From NCBI GenBank assembly GCA_951804945.1, contig OX638162.1, positions 55,366,001-55,430,000 on the forward strand: a stretch of DNA of 64,000 bases. Reading direction: 5' to 3'. Under the pieces are notes generated by a model. It searched no databases. It was given only the letters and a program-made list of their open reading frames with translations, and was not told the DNA's origin. The stretch is from Podarcis cretensis (Eukaryota). Position numbers and translations under genes: made by a program. How positions within the stretch are numbered: position 1 is the first letter of the stretch; each line of letters opens with the position of its first letter. Below are positions 36,401 to 45,860 of this stretch, in pieces.

Positions 36401-39400
36401 TTTTGTTACACTATCACTGGTTCTGGTGAATAGTCCCCTCACAGGGCCTTTTGAAGACCCCAAAGCTGCAGCTGCCCCCTGCATTCAGCACTGCAATAAG
36501 TTGCTGTTGAGAGTGTGGGATATAAGATACTGTCCGAAGGCAACTTAGAGTGGCCTCCCGGAAGGAGAGCTCCTAGCAATGCAGTCAGAGCTGAGGAATG
36601 CACACAGCTGAAGAATAAAAAGGCAGCTGGCTGCATTTTCCAAGCTGAGAACAAGAAAGCAGGTAAGGGTGACAGTTTGGGGCAAAGCGGAGCCTAGAGG
36701 ATGGAGTGTGGAGGTGCAGTAAGAGGATGGGAGGAAAGGAAGGAAGGAAAGCAAGAAGGTTGAGGACAGGGACAGAGGGGAAGCTTGCTGGGAAGCTTCA
36801 CTCCAGAGCGGGAGGAACAGAAATAGTACGCTTTATTTCCTTGGGTTAAAAAAACATCCTTTTTACCCTATTATACTGAAGAAAGGCCAAAGGAGGGTAA
36901 AAAAGAGATTTTTTTAACCCAAGGAAATAAAGCATACAAATGGACGGAATCAGTGATGAGTTATTTATATGTAAAAAAAATTGTACTGTTTGTTTTATAT
37001 CTGTGTTTTTTAAAAAATATTATATTGCTCTTTGTAAATGGCTTGGAGGTCTTCAGTTGAACAGGTGGTATATAGTCAAAACAAAATAAAAAAATTCCTT
37101 CCAGTAGGACCTTAAAGACCAACTAAGTTAGTTCTAGGTATGAGCTTTCATGTGCATGCACACTTCTTCAGATACACTGAAACAGAAGTCACCAGACCCT
37201 TCTAAATAGTGGGAAGGTGGGGAGGGGTATTACTCAGAAGGGTGGTGGGAATGGGTGATTGGCAGATAGCTGTGATGAGCCTGTTGACGACTCTTAACGA
37301 CTGCAATAGGTCTTACAGGAAAAAGCAAGGGGTGAGAAGGTGAAAAATGGCTTTGTCATGTATAATGAGATAAGAATCCAATGTCTTTGTTAAGACCAGG
37401 TCTCTCCATGGTTTTAAGTTTGGTAATAAGTTGCAATTCAGCAGCTTCTCTTTCCAGTCTATTTCTGAAATTCCTTTGTAATACAACAGCTACTTTGAGA
37501 TCTTGTATAGAATGTCCTGGGAGATTGAAGTGTTCTCCTACTGGTTTCTCTGTCTTGTGATTCCTGATGTCAGATTTATGTCCGTTTATCCTTTGGCGTA
37601 AGGTTTGGCCTGTTTGTCCAATATAGAGAGCTGAAGGACACTGTTGGCATTTGATGGCATACACAATGTTAGACGATGAGCAATTAAATAGTCCCGAGAT
37701 GGTATGTGTGATGTTGTTGGGGCCAGTAATGGTGTTGTCCGGGTGTATGTGGCAGCAAAGTTGGCATCTGGGTTTATTGCAGGCTCTGGTGCCAGTGTCC
37801 GTGTTAAGTCTGGTAGTAGTATTATTGTGGGTTAGGAGTTGTTTAAGATTGGGTGGCTGTCTGTAGGCAATGAAAGGTCTTCCTCCCAGAGCTTGAGAAA
37901 GAGAACTGTCATTGTCCAGGAGAGGTTGTAGATCTCTGATGATGCGTTGTACTGTTTTAACTTGGGAGCTGTATGTGATGACTAGAGGTGTTCTGTTATT
38001 TTCTTTTTTGGGTCTGTCTTGCAGCAAGTTCTCTCTGGGTATCAGTCTGGCTCTGTTGATCTGTTGTCTAACTTCATCTGCTGGGTATTTTAGTTCTAAA
38101 AAGGTTTGCTGTAGATCTCTTAGGTGAGAGTCTCTGTCTGTAGAATTGGAACAGATGCGGCTGTAACGTAGTGCCTGGCTATATACAATGGACTGTTTGG
38201 TATGTTTGGGATGGTAGCTAGAGGCATGTAGATATGTTTGTCGGTCAGTTGGTTTACGGTATAAGGTGGTGTCTATGCGCCCATCCTGTATTTTTATAGT
38301 AGTGTCCAAAAAATGTATTTCTTGCATAGATTGATTCATTGTTAGGTTGATTGTGGGGTGAAAATCATTGAATTTCTGGTGGAAGGTGTCCAGGGTCTGT
38401 TGACCATGTGTCCAGATGATAAAAATATCGTCAATGTATCACAGGTACAAGAGAGGTTTGAGTGGGTAGGAGTTTAGGCACAGATCAGCGGCACAACAAT
38501 GGGCACCCGCATGGCCCCACAGTATGCCAACATCTTCATGGCAGATTTAGAACAACGTTTCCTACAATCAACCTAACAATGAATCAATCTATGCAAGAAA
38601 TACATTTTTTGGACACTACTATAAAAATACAGGATGGGCGCATAGACACCACCTTATACCGTAAAGGGGGCACCCACATATTGGTGCACTGTCTCATTCT
38701 GTTCTTTTTGCCTTTATCTGAAACAGGTTATGAGGAACACCCCCGTGAAGACCTTCGCCAGTGCTACCTTTAGTTCACTTCTGGATGTTTTGCTGTCCAC
38801 AACAGTCTTCCTCATCCTCTCTGTCACCTGCTTCCTGAAGCATGGGATGGCTGCAACTCCTCCCCCACCTGCAGCAGTGGTTGTGGTGGTCATTGCCATC
38901 CTGCTAGAGGTGCTGTCCCTTATCGTCTCCATTAGGTAAATGAGGCAGACTCTGGATCACTCTCACAGGGCGCGTAGGATAGCAGCAGAGGCAGGGCCTG
39001 CTTCTTGGATTTGAAATGGGAATAGCTAAGAATGGGACAGAGAGTTCTGTGAGGGCCTTCGTAGCTCTGTTGTATGGAAAACAGACTCCTCCTTTCACCA
39101 CTTAGAGGTGAGCCAGGACTCTCAGATTTGTACTAGTGGTCCACCCTAGGCCAGGCAAAACCCACTTGAGTCACTTTGGACATAATTAAACGTGTAAGGC
39201 ACCCTAAAGGTGAGAACATGACAGGAAAGGGAAGAGAGCAGGATCCAGCAAAATGGCGGGGCTGCTGCTTCTAGTCTGATTAAGTGAGGAAATCAAGCAT
39301 GCCATTTCCTTGCGTAGAGGCCCGCTCTGAGTGAAGCGGCAGCTATACAGAGAGACTTGCAAAACCATTCCCCTCCGCTCCTTTGCCTTTCTAGGCTCAG

Positions 39401-42400
39401 TTCTGTCATAGATAGAAGCGGCTACACTGCCTGACTTGGATGTGTGTTGTTTTCAGAATGGTGTTCTTTCTGGAGGACGTAATGGCTTGCACAAAACGGT
39501 TGTTGGAGGGGATTGCCGGCTGGTTGCCGCGACACTTCATTGGTGCCGTTTGGATCTCCCTCCCCGCTGTCGCAGTCTTCTCACACTTCAGCTTGGAATT
39601 TGAAACAAACATTTATGTAAGTCATACATTGCTGAATCCCATAACTGGATTGGTTTTTCTGTGCTCCCGCTATATCCTAGGAGGAAGCAGGTAGAGGATC
39701 GAGATTGAGAACCACAAGTTGGCTCTCTCGCTTTCTTTCTTTCTTTCAAAATTCAGTTACCAGAAACGTTGGTGGGTAGATCTTCCCTGGGTGCCCAAAA
39801 GTATGCAGGTTGCTTTCTTCCCGAGAGGAGTTGGAAGCAGTGCTGAGGGAGATGGGAAAGGAAGTGCCTAGCAGGCTAGGGTCCGCCAATTCCAGTGAGC
39901 TGGCTATGGGGTGCTTCATTCTTCAAAGGAGAGAGAGCAGGCAGCATTGGAGAGGCTGGCTGCATGTGAAGCCAACATATGTTAAATGGAGTGAGCGGTG
40001 TTGTGAGCCTGAAGACGGGCGGCAGTGCCAGATCTGCATGTCAGCTAAACAAGCTATAGCTTAGGGCCCCACTCTCTTGGAGCCCCCCAAAAAAATTTAA
40101 AGGAAAAAAACCTGGATGTACATTTCCAAAATATAAGATAAAAAACAAATAAAATAAAACCTACATATAGCAACAGTGTAGGTCCATAAATATAGCATAT
40201 ATTCAACACAAAAAACAGCAACAGTTTGTTGTTGACAAAGGACAGCTGGACATAGAAAGGGCCCCATTACCTTCAGTAGCTGAGGGCCTCATCAAACCTA
40301 AATCCAGCCCTGAGGGGAGACATAATGACTAGTGAAATTTTGGTTTCGTGACCACAGCCATTAAAAAAAGAAAAAAAGTGGATTCCTGTGCATTTACTTA
40401 GACATCCCATTCCAATAGATCATATATGACTAATAGCTGCTGTTTCTGTTTGTTGCAGTATACCATGTTTATGTGTTCTGCAATTCTCATCACTATTGTC
40501 CAGTACTGTAACTTCTGCCAGCTCAGCTCCTGGATGAGATCATCTCTAGCCACTCTTGTTGGAGGAGTCTTGCTAGTTTTGCTGTGGGTGCCTCTGTGCC
40601 CTGACAGGTGAGCCTTTGCCTGTTGCCTGTGAGTTGCGACAGGGTCCTTTCCACAGTGAGGAGTCTTGGAGAGCATCGTCAGGAAGCTGGAGTGAAACAG
40701 GTGTTCTTCTGGCTCATCCACCTGCAAGCAGATTCACCAGGTGTCTTTGTTGGTTAGAAGTGCCGCCACTTTAGCCACCAGATGTATACTTTGACGTTTT
40801 GTGAAGTAATGTGGTTAACCCCTGGGGGGAAGGAGGATTGAGGCTGGTGTAGAACTCCGTGTCAGAATGGGTATCTAGCAGCCCAGAATGAGATTTGGAG
40901 AGTGGCAGCCAGGAGGGGTGTTTCGTTTTTCTCTTTTTGAGGGGTGTTTTTTGCAGCTGTTCTTTTTTTTTCTTTCTCCTCCATGCTTTTGATTTGTTGT
41001 TGTCTGTCTCTTGCGTTTTTGTTTCAGCTCTGTGGAGGAATCATATATTGAATCAGTAAAGAACTTTAGGTAAGCATTCATTGGATTTCCTTTCGTTTCT
41101 GGCTCTTACTGAGCCTGGCAGCCTTTTCCCTAAGTCTTTATATCAACCAGCAGCATTTTTAGACCTTGAACAATTGCCTTCTCCTTCTACCCCACCCCCA
41201 GCTTATATTCACGTGGTTTTGAGAAGCTCTGGTACTCTGTATCTGAAGTCATCGTGCTTTACTGCACGATAGCCACCAGGTGGATTGCTATGCCTTTTCC
41301 TTTTTGGTTTAAGCTTGGATTTGAGGTTCCTTGCGTCCTGCCCATTATTGTTTGGTGTAAGGAAAATGGAAACGGCCAAATGGAGGATAATTATCTCCAG
41401 TTTTTACTTAGATCATTTGTAAGGTGACCAGTTTGTATTTTGGGTCAGTGGGCACTTGGAGCCTCCAGCCTGAGCTTGCCCTACCACTGTCCTGATCCAC
41501 AGGCCTAAAAGAGAGCCTGTGTGAGTGGTTTGATGTAGGGATACCAAAAAAGAATGTAAAAAATGCCAGAACGGCCAATTCCAGTGCATTTTTAGACTGC
41601 ACTAGCCTACAGCGCAGCCTGCAGAGCCTTTATGCCAGGCATAGGCAAACTCGGCCCTCCAAATGTTTTTCAGACTACAGTTCTCATTATCCCTGACCAC
41701 TGGTCCTGTTAGCTAGGGTACTGTAGCATAAACATAATGTGAGCTGATTCTGGCAGCGACTGCCAATTCGTCCTGAATTTATCTTGGCTACCAAGGTGGT
41801 GTTTACAGGCCTTCCAGAACATTTTCCCCGTTTGGTTCTACACAACCACCATGCTCATAAAACATGCACTATGCAGGTGTTAAAATGGCCTTTTCATGTG
41901 AATTGAACTAAACACATTAAGGACCATCTTGTAGACCTGGTTATCCGACACGGACTAAGAAGCTGTAACATGTCAACCTTGGAGACAGCAGAGATACATG
42001 AGGCTCATTGCCCATTTCTGAAGAAATGCTTAATGCAATAACTGATGCATCAGGGCAGAGTCACATTTTGTCAAGCAGCTGTTGCTGCAGTGGGAATAGT
42101 GGCCTGTGAATTTTCTTGCTGATCCAGTGCTTCTTGCATTTCAGTTTCAGCTCCATGGAAATCTTCAACTCTACACAGAACATCAGGTAATCATTAACAT
42201 CTAGCAGTCTTCCTTGCACTTTCTGCTTTCTCCTCAAAGGCTTAAATGAAGTGCTATAACATTTTATTTTATTTTTTAAAAAAGAAAGCTTTAAAAGAAC
42301 TGTTATTTAAAACTATTACAGTGGTACCTTGGTTCTCAAACTTAATCCGTTCTGGAAGTCCTTTCCAAAACCAAAGCATCCCTGCACTGATGATAGTCAT

Positions 42401-45400
42401 TGTTTGGATGGGGTTTTTTTTATCCATTTCCACAGTCACACAATCAGTCAATCAATCAGTAGCTGAACTGGGGTCCATACAGTCATAAAAACAAATTAAC
42501 CAAAAAAGCCTCAAAGACAAAAAATGTAAAATAAATAGCAAAAACAAAAGCGCCAAACTTAATCCATTTCGGAAGTCCATTTAACTTTCAAAATGTTCAG
42601 AAACCAAGGCACAGCTTCTGATTGGTGCAGGTGCCCCGGGAACAGTAGCCGACAGCCGCATCAGACGTTCGGCTTCTGAAAAATGTTCGAGAACCAGAAC
42701 ACTTCCGGGTTTTCAGCGTTTGAGAACCAAGGCATTTAGGTACCAAGGCGTTTGAGAACCAAGGTACCACTGTATGCTATAAAACCTTGCTTGTGTATTG
42801 ATTAGAAACACTAAAAAAGGTCAACTGTACACTGAACTCCATGTCCAAAGAGTTAGACATCAGCAGCCTGCTTCAGAATTTAGCTCAGGAACAACCAAAT
42901 TGACTGTAAAAAAATACCAAATAAACTAGAGAAATATAACAGTTGCCTGGATTTTAAAAAAAGGAAAAATGCAGTGTGTGCCTACATCGGTGCTAGTTTT
43001 GAAGCCTGGTATATGTGGTGTCACAGAAGCGAAAGTGAGGAGAAGAAACGCTCACCATGTGTCTGTACCCTAAATAATGGCAGGAACAGAAGTAGCTGTT
43101 TTCAGACTTAAGCAAATGGTTTTTCATTTAAGGGCTTGATCAACATCAAACTTCATTATTTTCATCACCTCATGATGAATGTCTGAAGCCACCAAGCTAT
43201 ATATAGGTAAAACTCCAGTGGAATCCCTGGGACTAAGAAATGGAAATTCTAAATGTAGATTAAGCTCACTAAATCCTGCAATTATTACCTCTCCTATTCA
43301 TTTCTGTTGATGTTTTGCTATATTTGGATTTCAGCTCCACAGAAATCTCCCATCTTCCGTTAGAACAGAACTATAGGTAAGAATTGATACCTAGTTCTCA
43401 GTTTTTTATGTTTTTCCTTTGCTTGCTTGATCGTTCATATTTCTGAAATGTAGAGAGTGGTGCAGTTAGATTAGTCAGTCATAGACATATTAATCTGCAG
43501 ATAACTGTGACAGATGAAGGTTAAACAGACTCTCACATAAAAACTTGGGATGAGTCTCTTAAGTCTGACAGAATACTTTATTTGACATCTGAGGACCAAA
43601 CTGGACATGATGTGATTTACCCAAGTAGTGACTAATTGTGACACTATCCATGTATGTGTGTGAGAGAGTAGGGGGGGGAGGTGGTAGGGAGAGGGAAAGT
43701 AAATAGCAGTTGAACAAAATCTGGATTGGAACAAAACTGGTACATCATGACATAAGTGGTGAACCTGCAAATGAATTTTGGGATTTTTAGAGGGTTCAGA
43801 AAATTGTGAAACATAATATACTATCAGGACCCAATTGGCCCTCTTAAATCTGTATACAGTGGTACCTCAGTTTTCGAACGTCTCTGTTGACAAAAGTTTC
43901 AGTTTTCGAACGCCGTAAACCCGGAAGTAAATGCTTCATTTTTGAACCCGCCTTGGAAGTCAAACATGAAATGCGGCTTCTGTATTAAGTTTTCCATTTT
44001 GAGGCTTCTGTATTGAGTTTACCGTTTTGGAACTCGAACGGTCTTCCAGAATGGATTACGTTCGAAAACTAAGGTACCACTGTACCAGCTAAAATAAATA
44101 TTTGAAGAATAAGGATTCGATTGTTTGCCTTTTGATGGCAGCACAGAATTTTATTTGGTTTGCTCATTTTGTATTTTATTTGCATATATTTAGTTAAATG
44201 ATTTGTATCTGAGTGATAAAACTTCAAAAGAGTTTTAGGTTTTATTCAACTATGTTTTACTTGAAATATACCCATTGAAATGAATAAAACAATAAAACAT
44301 TTTTGAAAAAGAAACTAGGCAGTGTGGGTGGGTGGGTGGTCTGGATCTTTGCTCACCACAGCCATCCTGATCTGAATCTCCACTCCCCCCACTCCAAAAT
44401 AAAGAGAGTCCCATTGTGTGAATGACACAATGTCTAGTTTGGTCCTGCGCATATGAAGTTGTCATAATTGTCTCTGTTGCCATGGGGGACTAGAAAATCG
44501 TATTTTAAAATAGAATAACATTTTAAAATAGAGTAACGTTGTGTGCTTGTGATTAGAATATAGGAATATAAGAATAGAGAAAACATACAAATGCTTTTTT
44601 CTTTTCTTTTTTACATTTACTCTGTGTATGTGCGTGTGTCTATATTTTCTTTAAAAAATTAACTCCAGTTCCATAAGGAATCCATGCTACCAATCAACCT
44701 TGGAAGACTTCAGGCGGCCAGCAGACCTTATTGGCCATGAAGTGATTCTGGGCTTCTTCCTTCTTCTCCTCCTGGTTTGGTTCTTAAACCGTGAGTTTGA
44801 AGTGAGCTACCGTCTGCATTACCATGGAGACGTGGAAGCCGACCTTCACCGCACCAAGATCCAGAGCATGAGGGACCAGGCGGACTGGCTGCTGCGGAAT
44901 ATCATTCCATACCACGTGGCGGAGCAGCTGAAAGTCTCACAGAGCTACTCCAAAAATCATGACAGTGGTGGCGTGATCTTTGCCAGCATCGTGAACTTCA
45001 GTGAGTTCTACGAGGAGAACTACGAAGGAGGCAAGGAGTGCTACCGAGTCCTGAACGAGCTGATTGGGGACTTTGACGAGCTGCTGAGCAAGCCTGACTA
45101 CAGCAACATCGAGAAGATCAAAACCATCGGGGCCACGTATATGGCCGCCTCTGGCCTGAACACGTCCCAGTGCCAAGACAGCAACAGCCCGCACGGCCAC
45201 TTGCAAACCCTCTTCGAATTTGCCAAAGAAATGATGCGAGTGGTTGATGACTTTAACAACAACATGCTGTGGTTCAATTTCAAACTACGGATTGGCTTCA
45301 ACCACGGCCCCTTGACTGCCGGGGTCATTGGCACCACCAAGCTCCTCTATGACATTTGGGGTGACACTGTGAACATCGCCAGCAGGATGGACACGACCGG

Positions 45401-45860
45401 AGTGGAGTGTCGCATCCAGGTGAGTGAAGAGAGCTACCGCATCCTGAACAAAATGGGGTATGACTTTGATTACAGGGGGACGGTGAATGTGAAGGGCAAA
45501 GGGCAGATGAAGACCTTCCTGTACCCCAAGTGCATGGACAACGGCATCGTCCCCCACCACCAGTTATCTATATCTCCAGACATCCGTGTTCAAGTGGATG
45601 GCAGCATTGGGCGGTCTCCGACGGACGAGATCACCAACCTGGTGCCTTCTGTACAGAATTTGGACAAGACGCCCCACGTCTCGGACCATAATTTGGAGCT
45701 CAAGGGCGGGCTCCCCTCTTTCAAGAATCTCCCAAAAGAGACAGGGAAGCCAGAGGATGGGCGTAGGTTTGGTAAGTCTGTTGAGAAAAACGACTGCAAA
45801 GAAGCAGGTCCCGGTGAGACCAGTGAGCTGACTAAGCTGAATAACTCGCGGAGCTTATGA
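22594..45860 (+). CDS. ADCY9: Adenylate cyclase type 9, complete CDS (1414 aa with one 42-nt micro-exon)
   Basis: Exons 22594-24487, 27099-27271, 31895-31999, 32907-33124, 35416-35518, 38727-38935, 39457-39616, 40459-40607, micro-exon(s) 41028-41069 / 42145(or 42151)-42186 / 43335-43376, 44669-45860. All GT-AG; sum 4245 nt in frame. C1a (SILFADIVGFT, KISTLGDCYYC) and C2a (EKIKTIGATYMA, YDIWGDTVNIASRM) cyclase motifs plus the ADCY9-type STEVSCDSSG and C-terminal tail. Confidence 0.97.
27099..27271 (+). CDS. ADCY9: ADCY9 exon (LKTYLISG...)
   Basis: cctgtag|GT ... AAG|gtttgt; 173 nt. Confidence 0.92.
28170..28338. mobile_element. Tc1/mariner-type MITE
   Basis: TIR ccgtattttt / aaaaatacgg with TA TSD. 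Confidence 0.8.
31895..31999 (+). CDS. ADCY9: ADCY9 exon (TCPSC...DEHKNSTK)
   Basis: ttccag|ACA ... AAG|gtaaca; 105 nt. Confidence 0.92.
32907..33124 (+). CDS. ADCY9: ADCY9 exon (QNGLLSPPQEEKL...VIKED)
   Basis: aatcag|GGC ... AG|gtgaga; 218 nt. Confidence 0.93.
34669..34822. repeat. 154-bp direct duplication, second copy 35829-35982
   Basis: Two mismatches by eye; the copies flank ADCY9 exon 35416-35518. Confidence 0.9.
34828..35077 (+). mobile_element. tRNA-derived SINE
   Basis: A box tggtgtagtggtt, B box gggttcgcatc, core gtgaccttgggccagtcac, (TCT)n tail. Confidence 0.85.
35416..35518 (+). CDS. ADCY9: ADCY9 exon (LMKDYFFKPPIN...YQEE)
   Basis: cctctag|C ... GAG|gtgtgt; 103 nt. Confidence 0.93.
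35907..36195 (-). mobile_element. CR1-like LINE 3' fragment
   Basis: catagaatcatagag terminus; minus frame RTRTHGFKLQGRRFRLNIRKNFLTV. Confidence 0.75.
37075..38665 (-). mobile_element. Penelope-like retroelement (RT C-terminus, Cys-rich linker, GIY-YIG endonuclease), 5'-truncated with 5' inversion
   Basis: ORF 37356-38339: FLDTTI..TTLYRKPTD, CNKPRCQLC, VYAIKCQQC..LYIGQT..LRQRINGH. The upstream YL*YIDD motif carries a stop. 38479-38665 is inverted RT sequence (GTTMGTRMAPQYANIFM). The 3' terminal repeat contains a hammerhead motif. Confidence 0.92.
37138..37175 (-). ncRNA. Minimal type I hammerhead ribozyme in the Penelope-like terminal repeat
   Basis: Minus strand gtat CTGAAGA a gtgtgcatgcacat GAAA gc TC atac; one C>T at the base of stem II. 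Confidence 0.65.
38727..38935 (+). CDS. ADCY9: ADCY9 exon (TM7-8)
   Basis: aaacag|GTT ... AG|gtaaat; 209 nt. Confidence 0.93.
39457..39616 (+). CDS. ADCY9: ADCY9 exon (MVFFLEDVMACTKR...)
   Basis: tttcag|A ... TAT|gtaagt; 160 nt. Confidence 0.93.
40459..40607 (+). CDS. ADCY9: ADCY9 exon (YCNFCQLSSWMRSSLAT...LCPD)
   Basis: ttgcag|TAT ... AG|gtgagc; 149 nt. Confidence 0.93.
41028..41069 (+). CDS. ADCY9: ADCY9 42-nt micro-exon copy a (SVEESYIESVKNFS)
   Basis: Long pyrimidine tract, gtttcag|CTC ... TTTAG|gtaagc; phase 2-2; ends NFS like the mammalian 42-nt exon as recalled. Confidence 0.85.
42145..42186 (+). CDS. ADCY9: ADCY9 micro-exon copy b ([FS]SMEIFNSTQNIS; 42 nt, or 36 nt from 42151)
   Basis: catttcag|tttcag|CTCC ... 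ATCAG|gtaatc; open and frame-preserving from either acceptor. Confidence 0.65.
42319..42772. mobile_element. Tigger/pogo-like MITE
   Basis: 23-bp TIR cagtggtaccttggttctcaaac, TA TSD. Confidence 0.88.
43335..43376 (+). CDS. ADCY9: ADCY9 42-nt micro-exon copy c (STEISHLPLEQNYS)
   Basis: atttcag|CTCC ... TATAG|gtaaga; phase 2-2, no stop. Confidence 0.7.
   Translation, partial: LHRNLPSSVRTEL
43857..44082. mobile_element. Tigger/pogo-like MITE
   Basis: TIR cagtggtacct.agttttcgaacg, TA TSD. Confidence 0.85.
44669..45860 (+). CDS. ADCY9: ADCY9 last coding exon (TM12, C2a, C2b)
   Basis: actccag|TTCC; ORF 44700-45860; stop TGA 45858-45860. Confidence 0.96.

Noticed and set aside
37356-38339. Domesticated GIY-YIG gene
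   Set aside because: 5'-truncated Penelope copy with a stop next to the YIDD motif and an inversion; no promoter evidence.
43166-43206. Possible fourth ADCY9 micro-exon ending tatatag|gtaaaa
   Set aside because: No AG acceptor at the expected position (ttttcat), 41 nt, no Asn sequon; at most a decayed copy.
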